DNA of 64,000 nucleotides, taken from Octopus vulgaris. Taxonomy: Eukaryota. This document shows, piece after piece, positions 1-13,667 of this stretch (positions are counted from its first letter, which is position 1; each line of letters begins with the position of its first letter). The notes beneath the pieces are model-generated. The model saw nothing but the letters and a program-made list of their open reading frames with translations, made no database searches and was not told the origin of the DNA. The stretch is taken from positions 32,922,001-32,986,000 of the forward strand of contig OX597820.1 in the NCBI GenBank assembly GCA_951406725.2. Direction: 5' to 3'. Position numbers and translations under genes: made by a program.

Positions 1-659
1 ACCGCCTCTCCTACCACCACTTAAACTTCTAACACTACTACCACTGCTACTACCTCACTACGTCTCCGCTAAATTCCATTATCTTTAACAACTTTTCTTT
101 GTTTTATTTTTTTTTATTTTTGTTTCGTTTTTTTTTTTTCTTTCTTTCTTTAACGGGTTTCCTTACCGGTAGGTAGTTCGATTCCTCGCCTAAGTTCAAA
201 TACCTCTGGGGAGGATGGGGGGGTTTTCGTCTTTTACCTTTAATCCATCCATCTGGGGGAGGATGAAGTAAAAAAATAAAAATACCGGTAAAAAAAATGC
301 GATGAGGATTTCACTACTAAATTAACACCTCAATAAATATACGTTTGTAAACATTACACATTTACAGACATTTAGAATACACGGGTTAAATTTTGTTTTA
401 AATCCCATATAGATAGATAGATAGACTGGATATTTAAAACCTAGATGGGTAAATAGAATATACACACGCGTAGGAAAATAGATAATTAGATAGATGGATA
501 GATAGGTTGAGGTGTATAAGACATCTGTTTAAAATATAGAGAGAGATATGTAGATAGATACATATAAATTGTTTATGCGAAATTTATAGTGCGAAGCTTC
601 GTGATGGTGGGGAAGGCGACGACGTAGAAAGGTCCCAACGTGTTTTTGCGCGCACATAA

Positions 660-725
660 AACCTGTAGGCGGAGCCTTAGTCATACTGCTTTTTGATTGG
701 TGCAACTGGTGATGACGTCACCACT
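660..725. promoter_or_regulatory. Candidate promoter motif cluster (GC box, CCAAT, CRE)
   Basis: GGCGG 668-672, ATTGG (reverse CCAAT) 696-700 and palindromic TGACGTCA 713-720 within 55 bp of locally CpG-rich sequence; the target gene and direction are unknown. Confidence 0.4.
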
Positions 726-2286
726 AGAATATCCTAAATATAGAAACTGACGACGGAGAAATCACTGAAGCGAGTATACCCCTCCCCTTCCTCCTTCTGG
801 TTGTTTCTTTCTCTGTCCCTCTCTGTATTTCTTTATTTCCTCTTTCTTTCACTCATCCTATTTCTCCCTCGCTCAGCTTTTCATTCATACAACGCACACA
901 TGGTATCGCTATCATTTTCTCTCTCTCTTTTTCTCAACAACACGCCGCCTAAACTAACGATCAAACTCGGGGATTCTCTATGTAGTCGCTCGGCCAGCTA
1001 GAAATAGCAGTTAAGTCCTCCTTATGGCATCTTACCGTTTTTAAAAGTTTCAAAAGCAAAATAAAAAAATCTTGTTACGGTCACTGCTGGAGTAGTTTGA
1101 TCCGGATCTAAAACTACTATAACCTCGATTAACACCTGATCGAATTATAAGCCGAGGTAGGGGCTGGATTGAGGGGGAGGACATGATCTGACTAGCGTAG
1201 CGTGATATGGTGTGAGAGATTTTGTCTCTGACCACGTGGGTCCAGTAAAATAGATGATTTTCTTCCTCATTTATAAATAAATCCATTTATTAATTGTAAA
1301 TTGTTTTTAATAGACTTTTAGGGAAAATGGGAGTGATTTTTTTTTTGTTTTTGTATGTGTATATATATAAATATATATAATTTTGTGTATGGTCATGAAA
1401 ATGATTTTTGATTCTTTTTGAAGAAAAAGTCAATCCTTTTATCTTATGGGGGTTGCTGAGTAAGATTGGACGGACGGGTAGGCGATTGAGGTGACGAGTT
1501 TGGGAGCCGGGTGCAAATTGTTTGTTGGAAGGCCACGTGTAATTTTATTATATGCGATAATAAATACCTATTACACCCGTTTGACTCCCTACTTCTACCC
1601 CTAGCAACCACACAATAGATCACTCCTATCTGAAACGCCTAAATTGCAGTGATTGTAACTACAGTACATGGGGGGCAAAAAGTGCAGTGGTTTCTCTCCC
1701 TCTCTCTCTCTCTTTCTAAACCCATGTGTAACTAGCTAGGCCGAGCCGACTCATGCCTTGCTAATAAAACTGGGTGCACAAGTTCGATCTACGTCACGTC
1801 GAAATCGACGGAGATCCCATTATAAAGTTGTACAGATCGATGGAAGAAAATCTATCAGTGATCTTGTTCGTTTGAGCGAAAATCTCTGCCCGTGTTAGAC
1901 AAATCTAGATCGCTATAGTGAACAATAGCGTCGATTATAATAAACGACGCTATTGTTTTTTCAGAACGAAAATCGAAACAGGTTAACCTGCCTCCAATTC
2001 ACCTAGATGTTCTGCAAAAAATAAATACATTAACGTACTCCCATATTTCCTTTCCTCCTCCCTACTACAAAATGATCGGATGGAATGCTTGATCTGGGTG
2101 GATTCTGTAAAGTAGAAAAAGACTCAACGGTCATTATTTTACGTTTTGGTGGTGGGGACGTGGTCACGCAAATTCCTTTTCAACCGACTCCTTACTTCCC
2201 ATCCTCACCCCAATAATAGCAGCTAACCCCGAAAGATGAGTCGTGAAACAACACGCTGGTCAACAATAAGGGGTGATGTCTATTTT

Positions 2287-2317
<31 letters not shown>

Positions 2318-3509
2318 AATATTAGCACTTAGAAGAAGAAGAGAAAAATCGAACTCCGTCCTCTTAGGATATTGACCGTTTTTTTTATTTATTTCTTTTT
2401 GTACTTGTTTCTTAGTTATTTGTGTACTGGATGACCTCTCCCGTATGAGTAGTCGTCACCGCCGCCACCGTGGCGAAACCACGTATTGAATTCTTAATAA
2501 ATCGTTTATCAGATAAGTTGTGGTGGTGGTGATGGGTGTGGTAAAGCTAAAGAGTGGGAATGTTGGTCAATGGTGGTGGTGGTGGTGGTAGTAGTAGTAG
2601 TAGCTGGTGGTGAGAGTTGTTTACCGTTCTTGTTCCGTACCGGATCTAACATCTTTTGAGTTGCGTCATCCTCACGTAGCGAGCGTCTTGTTTGTTGTAA
2701 CAACCTCGGTTGGGGTGGAGGTTATTATATCGTGTGTTCTTACATATGTATGTATATGCGTATGTGTATATATATATATATATATAATATTGTATGTGTC
2801 TTTCTATCTATTTATCTTTTGGAAGCAGCAGATTGACGGAAATATAAGACCGTCTGACAGGCGAATACCTTGCGGTATTTCTTCACTCATATACGTAGAC
2901 CGCACAAACCGGTCTACTTGAAGTAACAGTCGAATCTTCCTCAAATCACAACCTGCCGGCTTTAAAAATGAATACGTCGAATAATGTATATCTAGATACA
3001 TTATATCTAAATTTTAAAATAAGAAAACAAGATAGTTTTCATTGAAACTTCTTTGATTGTGGCTCTGCTATATATTATTTTAACTGAGCCGGGGTTTAAG
3101 TCATATGTAGATCTCTCGTCTTGACCATCCTGAGAGGTAGAACCTGATCCCCATTCATACACCTCACAAATATTAAGTATTGTTTCTGCGTGTATCACAA
3201 AAAGTTTTGGCGCCAGGACGTTGATACTTGTCACCTGAGTGTCATTCGATACTGTGATATCTATGTTCAAACGGGTATGACTCATCATGAATGACAGCTA
3301 CGTTATGACGAGTTGTTGACTCATATCTATCTATCTATCTGACTTATATAATATATATATTTGGGATTGTCTCCCCTCTAATTTTTACCAGAATTATTTA
3401 TTTGCATATTAATTGCTTTCATTAACAAGGATGCAGTTTCAATTAAACAAAATGTTTATCAAACACTCTACTATCGAGTTCTCATGCAGCAAACGTCCAC
3501 GGTTAATAA

Positions 3510-3570
3510 CCCCAATATCTGTATCAATTGAACTATGACGTCACAAGTATCCGGTTATAAGTATTAGCAT
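3510..3570. promoter_or_regulatory. Second CRE/CCAAT cluster upstream of the KLF gene
   Basis: CCAAT 3512-3516, TGACGTCA 3536-3543, octamer-like ATTAGCAT near 3563. Confidence 0.25.
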
Positions 3571-5659
3571 ATCTTGTAATCAAGCTAGCTGCGCACTCCT
3601 GAAGACGGATGTTTGTATATAGGAGAGAGGTAACTAGTATGGAGCCGGGATTTGTGAAAAAGTGTAAGATTAGATATGTTAAATAGTAAGATTTTTGTTG
3701 ATAGATAGATAAGACAGGTAGATGGATTAGTTCGTTGTATAATCCCAGGACAGCTATAATCAATGATGTTACCTCATTATAACCGTCCCATTTTATAGAC
3801 TCGATCTCCGTAATCTAAGGATCTTCTAGGGTTTTTTTTAACCCAGTTCGGTAGCTTATGATGTGAGATTTGGCTATTATTTCTAGCACTCCGGCAGCTT
3901 GGAGATGGAGAGCTGTTTGGCTCATGATACGGTGGTGGTGGTAACTGGAGATGAAGCGATAGGTGCATATGTATATTTAATGATAAAAAATATAATAAAT
4001 AAAAGGAAGTGCAGATATTGGGACTGTTAACTATCGGAAATAGATACGGCTGGTAAATCGTTCTTCCTTTCAAAGACTACATCTCTTGCCTCCTCTCTCT
4101 TGCACTCTTGTCTTACTCTTTTCTTTCTTTCTTTCTTTTTTTTTCTTCTTTTTCTTTGTTTCCCTCAATCGCCAAAACGGTTGGTTCTTATTCTGATGAC
4201 GACACATCACCTCCAGCCATTCCGTCGGCTTTGAATTGAGGTTGGTTGACTAATTTCCACCCCCACTGTTTGATAGTTTAAATAAGATATTTCCTAAAGC
4301 ACCCACGAGACCCCGCTACCCGGAACACTCGTATACACACATATACACTCACTTAACATGTATGGATGGAGTACTTTTCCTTTACACTCATACATACTAA
4401 TGTGTACACTCTCACATACACGTTCTTTATTAACCTGGAGCTGAAGTGACTCGTAAAACGAAAGAAAAGTGTCCAGAATTTATTGAAATAAAATAGATTT
4501 TTATTCTTCGATTTATTACATGTAAATATTTTTTCTACTCCGACCAAACAGGAATAGTGTGAAATTGAGTTGGCCGTAACTCCGCTCTTTGCAACTAAAA
4601 ATATTGTTTGTCTATACCCAGCTTAATCGATTATGAAGAGATCGAAAAGATCTTGTGTGTGGGTGTTTGTGTGTTAGAAGCCGGCGAAACGAAAATCAGA
4701 AATAGTGTGCTTTATCACTACGTCATGCTTATTTCATCATCACGTTGTGCTTATATCATCATCACAACCACGTCGGATTTAATTTCATCATTATCACTTC
4801 CTTTCTGTACCATACACACGCATATACACATACCCGTTTATTTGTGTGTGTGTGTGCATGATATTAAGTGCCTTGCACGAAACTTTCATTTTTGAGCCGC
4901 TTTGTAACTGCTGCCAAAAAAGTGTGTTGTGATGTTGCACTAACGGTTGCGTGGGGTTCTGAAAGGAAGAACACGGAGAATAAGATAGATGAATCATTCT
5001 GTCATTGAAAAAGAAGAAAAAGAAAGCTACCTTTCTTCTTTCCTTTTACACACACACACACACATACATACATACATACATACATACCGTCTCTTCTTAC
5101 TGAATGGAAAACTACTTAAGTGAGCCGGACGAGTTTTCAGTGTGGAAAATTACACCGGTATATTACGTGAATGGATGGCTGTATTAGCTGAGTGTATATC
5201 GGCTGACTTGTTTTTACATAAATGTGCAAATATATATTTGCGTATGTTGTGTCTCTGTGGATGTGTTGTATGAAGAAATGTGTATGTGTCTTACGTATAA
5301 AGTTTTTTAAAAAAATGTGTGTGTGTGTACGTGGCTATACTTAAGCATAGCCATGTACACACACACACAGAGAAAGAATGCGTTTACCGGTCTGCCTGCC
5401 TACCTACCTACCGACACCTCTTTAATTACAACTTACTGCTTAAATTTTTAACTTGTAAAGTGGCAATGGTACCATTTACAAAGACGCTTGTAGGCGGTAG
5501 AAAACTGTAGTGTGATTTTTCAAGTTCATCTAGATATTAGCAGAGTTGTTAGAGCGTCAGTCAAAATTCTACGGGGGTATTTTTATATTTGGAGTTACGG
5601 GACGTGATTGCGCAATACGTTACTTAGTGGTTTGTAATAAATCATCGCTTCGCGGGAAT

Positions 5660-5850
5660 TCTTTCGAACTTGTTAGAAATAACAGCCAAATATCCCTCAT
5701 TCTTATGCCCTGTTATCTTGAAAACGGGATAAACACATTACACGGTGTAGTCCTAGATAAACTCTCCCTCCCCGAAGACTGGATGGTCCCGGCTGGAATG
5801 CCTTCAATCATAGCTCTGTTCGATCAACGCTGACTTCGCTAAACAACCCA
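5660..5850 (+). repeat. Representative copy of an old dispersed repeat with a (C/T)TAGAAATAGCAG(C/T)CAAA core
   Basis: The same core, often followed by a GATGGTCA/CGGCTGGAA block, recurs degenerate at ~1000, 7510, 10260, 13065, 17340, 40585, 40820, 42010, 42290 and inverted at ~44855, 45745. Confidence 0.6.
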
Positions 5851-7965
5851 AGATAGAAATATATATATATATATATATATATTATCCTGTAACGGGGTGA
5901 CAAGGTGTAGACATGTCTGTGTGTTGACTAACTTTCAGCTATGTTCAGCTGACCGTGAACGGAAAGCAAAACAAGATAAGCTACACGCGCGTTTGAGTGT
6001 CGGTATGTGTGTCTGTGTGCTTAGATCTCTCTCTCTCTCTCAGATATATAACAGCATGTGGTATATATAAATATAAAAGATGACCATAAGTTTCGTCCAA
6101 AACCCTTTCTCCACTTTCAAAGTAGTTGTATGCGTGCTTGGCGGGGGCTGGGTGAACAAAAATATACCCCTCATTGTTCTTAAATTCCCCCTTCTGCGGC
6201 TATTTTTCGGACGGCGGCAATTTTTTTTTTTCTATAAAAGAAAAAGAGAAAAGAACCCAAAATGGTTCAGCTGGCAGAATCGTTGGCGTGTTCGATATAA
6301 TGCTTAGCAGCATTTCTTGCTATTCCGTAAGGTTTTGCGTTCAAATCCCGCGAAAGTCAACGTTCATCCTTTTGTGGTCGATATAATAAAAGAACTAGTG
6401 GAATATTCGGGTTGAATATTCCACTAATTGGTTTTAAGCCTTTTGTCTAATTTACTTTTATGATTTTCATTCCAGTAAGCTTTGTCAGTTTAAGTTTAAA
6501 ACTTGGAGTAATATTTGCAGTTTTATTTTCTTAAAGTTAAATGAAACGAGCAAGAGTTAGTGTTTTCGCAAGTTGATCAATAAATCACTTTAAAATCAAT
6601 AAGTTCGTAAGCTCGGTTTCATTTAGATGTTTAGAAATAAAAATTTCGTTTATTCGGGTTTTGTTTTCTTTTTCTAACATGGATATCTTTCTGTGTCTAC
6701 GTATATATAAAAAAAATTAACAGCAATATATGCGTGCCAGTCGGTAGGTTCTTAAAAGACGCAGTTATTATATACTTGCAATTTGAAACCGGTTTCCTAT
6801 TTCGTGATATAGCCACAAGAGAAAGAGAGAGAATAAGTTTAAAGCTGATTTTTACACATTTTTATTTACTTAAGTTTTCTTTGAAAAGGAAAATTAAAAA
6901 GACGGTGAAACAATTGTCTTCCCCCACGTGCTCTATGATTGCTTTGACCGTACACCTTGTAAAAGTAGGCTGTTCTAGCTTAACTCTGAAAGCTTGTGGT
7001 GGCGGCCCATCCAAAAGGTAGTTTTTGTGGGTAACCTTCATTTTAATTTTATGAAAAATGAATATTAAGACTAGAGAGAGAGATATATAATATGAGTGAA
7101 TGGTTTTAGTTAAATAACTAGTGACGAGTATAAAGAGTTAACGTTAGAGAGAATATATATAGAAAAAAAACTAGAGCTAAACTAATTGAGGCGCTTAATA
7201 CACACGTCCTTACGCACACATTATGCGTGTATGTGTTAGTGTGATGTAGGGTGTAAAGCCGTGCGTATATAATTGTGTGAGAAATACATGAAAAAAAATA
7301 AACGCCAAGTAGACACAAGAAAAAGAAACAAACAAAGCAATAAAAATATATAATTGTGCGTGTGTAATAGCTACGGTTCAGTGAAACTGCTTGAAATATC
7401 GATAAGATCTATAAAGTCTTGTAATTGTGTAAAAATGCACACTCGAGTTGATAAAAGGTAGATGACATGATCGAGTTCGGGCAAGTGTTACTAGGTGATC
7501 GTTTTTCGAGCTAGAAATAGCAGTCGCGACTTCTTCAAATATGATGTCCTCTTACCTTTAAAAAGAAAAGGTTTAAGAAACAACACATTCGAGAGTCTTA
7601 AGCCTCGGCATATGGAGCTTTGTTGAAGTGCACTCCAGTCGTGACCATCCCGTCGTATCTTTTACTTCGGGTTATATTATTTGATGTTTCGTTTAGGGTT
7701 GCTAGTTTTAGCGAGTCATGAATTTTATATACTGGGATTAACGTCTGGTGTGGGTGTTTATTATCGAAAATAAGACTGTTGTAAGGGGCGGTGCAGTGTC
7801 GTCACTCTTTCATCGTTTGCGGGTTTGAAACAGCCTCCAGTGAGAAGATAGAACTGCATGTATAAATTCATGTCTATTCATAGTAGTTGTTGTTAAGAAG
7901 GGCATCCAGTCGTAGAAACCACGCTGTAAAATGGAAATATACATGTATGTATGAACACATAATAC

Positions 7966-8001
<36 letters not shown>

Positions 8002-10677
8002 GAGAGAGAGAGATTTTATAAATATATATGTGTGTGTATAAGCTTTTATTTGTGCATACAGACATACATCAAGCACGCAGTTTGTGTAAAGCAATTTTCA
8101 ACTGGTCGGCTCCAGTACGGAAGCAAAGCAGTAGCTAAGTGTTTGTGCGTGTTATGAATTGTCCCATTGTTTATTTTAAAAAGACTGACACCAACCACAC
8201 GGCAGTTACACTCACTCACTCACACACTCATGTACATGCAATACACTCGAGTGCCTGCTTGATCGAGCACTGACTGGACAGAGCCTTGCGCAACAGCTAT
8301 TGCTGTTACGGCTGACTTACTAGGAGTTTCATCCATTTGAGGGTTTGATACTGCGGTGGTGTGTTCGAATTCTCGTGGTAGATATATTTATTTTTTTCTA
8401 TATTATTTAAATTTTACGCCTTTTTGATCTCAAAAGAAAGACGAAGGATTTCTTTTTTGTCGTTTTATTAGATTCAAAACTGAATTATTTCTGTTTGCAA
8501 TCTCTTAATTTTTTTATTATTTCAAATAATTTCCTTTTATTAGTAGTTGTATTTTTTTTTTTTTTACATCAATTTGTGTGATTTCCTCATCCCATTTATA
8601 TAGCTGTGTGTGTGTAACATAACTAAAGGACTGTATATCTCCCGACCGATTTTGTTTCCTCATAACTTTTTCATATACATACATACAATGAAATTTTCCT
8701 GATATACATTTTAAAGTTTCTTGCTTTCATACTTTCTGTCTACTTATCGGAAAAACGACGAAGTGATCTTTCGAACGAAACACACACACACTTGCAAGGG
8801 AGGCGGTTAACTCTTTAGCGTTCATATCCATACTTTAAAAAAAAATTTTTTTTTTTTTTTTTTTTTCAAAAATAATTTTGTTAACGTTTTCCCTACGCAG
8901 CATAGTTTCATTGGATTATAGAAGGAGCTAACTTAGAATATTTCGCATGAAATTCCTAAAGGCTAGTTTTAAGTACAGTCAGTTTAATATTCTACTAATG
9001 TGGGTGTGTACGCGCGCCTTATAATCTTGAAGTGTAATATTAATTAATCATTAAAAATATTACTTTATAATATGGAAGGAAATTTTTGTATAAAGCTTTG
9101 ACTGGAAAAATTTTTAATTTAACTTTCCACAAACTTTACACTTTTTTTTTTTTTTTGTCTCTTTAATTTTCTCTCCTTGTGTGTGTAGCTTTGAGGGGGA
9201 AAAAAACTACTTGATTTCCAATCCTGAATGTCAAGAAATTATATCAGCTTTGCTTTTAGAGAATCGCTATCAATTAATATTGTTTTCTCTCTCTCTCCAA
9301 CTAAAAGGCAAACTTCAAGTAACGAATTTTTTTTTTTTTTTTTTTGTGCGCGTTAAATGTCTCCAATAAGACCATTGACCCGTTTGGGTGATTTCCCCTC
9401 CCCCTTTAACTCCATTGAAGTACCTACATATATATCATATATATATATGGCACCATCACACTTTTTTTTTATCTTTTTAAACATCGCCTTTTCCCCCACA
9501 TATTTTACTCCTAATATTTAAATGACTAAACACACACACATGCGTGTGTACAGGCGCGCGCCTTTTTCCACCCTCAAATTACATATACTATCAAACACAT
9601 AAAAACGATAAAGCAAATACGGACGGCCATATTATACATACATACACTGCGTGTCTCACACACACACACACACACACACACGTGTTTGCTGTTCAGTTCA
9701 CGTGAACCAACGTTTGAATTATACATACATTACATGCATACATATTACTTACCCACGCAACTATTGTACATATTATACATACCCGACTTCAACTACATTT
9801 GTACACACCTAGAAATTTTTTATTTTTTTAAATTTTTTTTTCTTATCTGGAGAATAATAAGTAGGAACATGTGGGTGTGTGTGTATGTGCGTGTGTCTAG
9901 TTACATAAAAACACACCTTTTTTCTCTCGTCAAGGAGCGGTGGGTTTCAAAAAGAATAACCGTTTCCGGATTTGTCACACACACACATACACACACGTAT
10001 AAGGTCTACGCACACACGCATGCGTGAGTGTGTGTATGTATGTGTGTGTGTGTGCAAATAAGTAACCCTTTACCAAACTATAACTTTTTTACATCTTACA
10101 GTAACTACAAATACACACGCTAATTGCTCAACTCGCAGGCCGACCTCTTCCTCTCTCTCACGCACACACACACACACATACACACATTGAAGCCTCTGTA
10201 TATGAAACAGAATATCTAATGTGATCAGATGATAAATCCTGTACGTGGTTATTCAGGCTATTAGAAATAGCAGTCAGATTTCTATCTTCATTTAATAGGA
10301 CCGTGAAAACATTTGAGAAGGGAAAACTTAGTTACAAAGTTACATTTTGGCCTTGCGGTGTTCTGTTTTGTCTCTATTCATTCTGTGTTCAAATCCTTTG
10401 TCTCTCCCCCCCCCCCCCCGCATATACTTTGCCTGTCACTTTTCGGGATCAATAAAATAAGGCATAAGTCGAGTTCAACTTTGTCGTTCATCTTTTCAGA
10501 GGGACGATAAAATAAGTGCCCATCATAATCATCAAATGCTTGTGGGGGGTCGATGCAATAGACTTGATCCTTTACCTTAAAACGATTAGCTTTGTCCCAA
10601 TATCTGAAATTATTATTATTATTATTATCATTGTCATCATCATTATAATTAATTTTTTATTTTTTTTGTTGTTGCAG

Positions 10678-11920
10678 GTGGAACCGGATTTAGAACAATA
10701 CTTAGTGTCACCAACACAGAGCTCACCAGCCTTCAGGAAGCGCCAACGTCGTGACAGCGCATCAGTAGTGGGTGAATTCTTCAACGATGATGGTGAACTA
10801 AAAGGTGGCCTCTTATACAATAACTCAAACAACCTTCGTATTGGTTTAATGAATTGTGCTTACAATAACATGGCCAACCAGAATGGCGTAGAGCTTCACC
10901 GTGGTAACAGGTTAATGGTGATGAATTCAGTCAATATGAACGGTTTAAAGACCCAGTTGGTGCATCAGGCTATCACCAACAATGGTGGTAGCAATATGGG
11001 CAGCAACGGTCACTTGCCGTCAATAGAGGACGGTCGTAAAGAGCTGGACTGGGACGAGTACTCATCAAATATCAAATTGGAACCAGAAAACTTTGACATC
11101 GATTCTATAGGGGGTATGACCAATGTTGATTACATAAATTCGATTGACCAGCAAGAGCTGGATTTGAACCAGGAGAACTGCAAGGCCTTGTGGGACGACA
11201 TACGTCTGGGAATGCACATGGTCACTTCTCAAGACACTTCTCAGGACACTATGGCCGGATTAACTAATCGTATCAAGAGTGAACCTATTGATACTGACTG
11301 GGACAAGCCCGCCTGTCAGTACACCTCATCGATTTTGCTCAACAATACCGGTAACAACCAGAACAACGTTATTAACAATACCAGCAATAGCAACCTTAGC
11401 AACAATGGTGTTAACATGCTTACTGCTTGTAAATTTGAGCCGGTTCGGACAGCATGTGCTATAGAATCGAAGCCGAACATAAATGAGGCCGGCGGGCATC
11501 ACCGGACTAAAGTGGGAAAACTTCAATCATCTCTTATGTCGATGGGCTACGCCACACAACTTCCTGCTCATCCCCACCACCAGAATCTCTCTTTCTTGCA
11601 CTCACCAAATTCCTCATCACCTTCCTCATCGGCTCTATCCAACTCCTCCTCTTCCTCATCGACGGGTGGCCCCCTGTTTCCAACCCCACCCAATTCACTG
11701 CCCGCCAGCCCCGTCCAGGAAGGCTCATTCCGACGCACACCACCGCCGCCATATCCAGGCAACCCGCGTCACTTTATGAACCCCGTACTGTCAGTTCCCC
11801 CTGTGAGGACAGTAAACAAAAAACAACCTGTGACACATCCTGGATGCTCAACCATAAAGTACAACAGAAAAAACAACCCTGAGTTGGAGAAAAGACGAGT
11901 TCATTTCTGTGATTTTCAAA
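10678..11920 (+). CDS. KLF5: KLF5-like Kruppel-like factor, large coding exon (N-terminal regulatory region to start of zinc finger 1)
   Basis: Polypyrimidine tract + TTGCAG acceptor ending 10677 (phase 0), donor GTAAGT at 11921 (phase 1). Encodes DLEQYL, IKxEP motifs, FPTPPNS, TPPPPY and YNRKNNPELEKRRVHFCDF, matching the KLF5 YNRRSNPDLEKRRIHYCDY signature. Confidence 0.93.
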
Positions 11921-12319
11921 GTAAGTACCTCTTATCTTAATACTCTAATATCCATGATATATGAGCAAATCTGTGTGTGAGAATGGTTTACAAGCTAATG
12001 ACTATGAACAGTAACATTCATTGACATTTTTCCTTAACAAATAATCTGCTAGCTTTACACTTTCAAACTCCTCCAGAATAAAATATCTACCTGTCTGGTG
12101 GAGCAGGAGGGCACCTAGTTTAACACAGTCTAATTAATCGACTGATAATATGTTGGTGTCACAAACACAAGCAGTTACAATGTAATATTTTATTCTCCGA
12201 TGTAAAAATTATGGTAGTTAATTAGAAGAATGTGATTTGAGTGAGATTATGTTGATATTTCCAGCAAGTATCTCTCGACCACCTACAGGTGTATTGATAA
12301 TAATTATCATTAAGGTGAC

Positions 12320-12520
12320 AAACTGGCAGAATTGTTTGCACTCTGGACAAAATGCTTTGGGGGCATTTCTGGCGTTTACATTCTGACTTCAAATTCCACC
12401 AAGGCTGACTTTTGCCTTTCATCCTTTCAGAGTTGATAAAATAAGTACCAGTTCAACACTGGAACTGGTGTAATCTACCTCCCCCACCTCCAAATTATTG
12501 TCGTTGTGTCAAGATTTAAA
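12320..12520 (+). mobile_element. Degenerate SINE family B copy in a KLF intron
   Basis: CTGGCAGAATTG...TTCAAATTCCACC...GCCTTTCATCCTTTC...AAGTACCAGTT blocks shared with 38257-38490. Confidence 0.7.
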
Positions 12521-12595
12521 ACCATTATTATTATTGTGTTTGTAACATTTCTTGGTTATAACTTATCTAATAACTTATCTCTCTCACTTTTTCAG

Positions 12596-12655
12596 ATTGC
12601 CGTAAAGCGTACACGAAAAGCTCTCACCTGAAGGCTCATCAGCGAATCCATACAG
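12596..12655 (+). CDS. KLF5: KLF5-like coding exon (rest of zinc finger 1)
   Basis: TTTTCAG acceptor, GTATG donor; 60 bp, phase 1-1; encodes (N)[19 protein letters not shown](G). Confidence 0.96.
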
Positions 12656-13479
12656 GTATGTATCGATTTATTATTATTATTATTATTATTCATAGTGAAA
12701 TAGCCAGGGGATAACATAGATAGCTTGACATAAAGACTAGCCATATATATAAATGTGTATATGTGTGTATGCACACGTGTACATATATAACAACTCTCAT
12801 TTTAGTTTAAATTCAACTTGAAATGAATAGTTGTTTGGCAAGCTACCATGTACAATTGTGTAGTGTCTTGTCATGAAAATTTATCTGTGACACTAGCTGC
12901 AAGAGTCAAACTGACAAACTGGTATATCTACTGAGTTAAAATACATTAAAAAAAAAAAGCAAATTTATTTTTATATACATATATACCATAGCAAATGTTA
13001 AATAGGATTACATAACATTTCTCTGAGATAGAATGACAGAGGAAAATACTGCTACCACCTGTTAAAAGTAGCAGCCAAAATCTCAGCCCTCACTCTGTCC
13101 TCTTAAAAAAAAACAAGTAGGGGTAGAGAAAGATACATTGGATGGTGTAGTCATGGCTGGAACATCTTTGATCATAGGTCTGTCTACTTCTTGAAGACTA
13201 CTCTGCCATGCTTCATTTGGGATTAAAAGGGTTAACCCTGCTCAGCTAAAATTCTAACCCTGTTTTTATATGGGTTTATTATTAGTGGGTTAACTGGTTT
13301 TTGCTGCCCTTTTTCCCTACTAGGTTCCCACTGAGAATAATTCTGTTTGATTAAAATACAGATTAGAGTTGGGTAGGGTTAGGCATTTTTGTATTTGCCA
13401 TTTTCTGATTTTGCTAATTTCTCTCTCATTAAAACTGATTGAATTTTTACTTATATCTCGTTTTCTTCTTTATTTTCAG

Positions 13480-13667
13480 GAGAAAAACCTTATCTTTGTA
13501 CGTTTCCTTCCTGCCAGTGGCGCTTTGCTCGCTCCGACGAACTCACCAGGCACATACGAAAACACACCGGTGCCAAGCCATTCAAGTGCAAAGTCTGCGA
13601 GCGATGCTTTGCACGTTCTGATCACTTGGCGCTGCACATGAAACGCCATGAACCCAAGAACAAATGA
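13480..13667 (+). CDS. KLF5: KLF5-like terminal coding exon (zinc fingers 2 and 3)
   Basis: TTTTCAG acceptor; encodes (G)[61 protein letters not shown]-stop (TGA 13665-13667). Confidence 0.96.

Noticed and set aside
1921-1962. Bacterial rho-independent terminator
   Set aside because: Hairpin plus T-run fits the shape, but the context is eukaryotic with no bacterial ORF upstream
10516-10677. N-terminal 54 aa of the 474-aa ORF (poly-Ile, hydrophobic)
   Set aside because: Intron read-through of an (ATT/ATC)n tract and polypyrimidine tract ending in a CAG acceptor; non-ATG start
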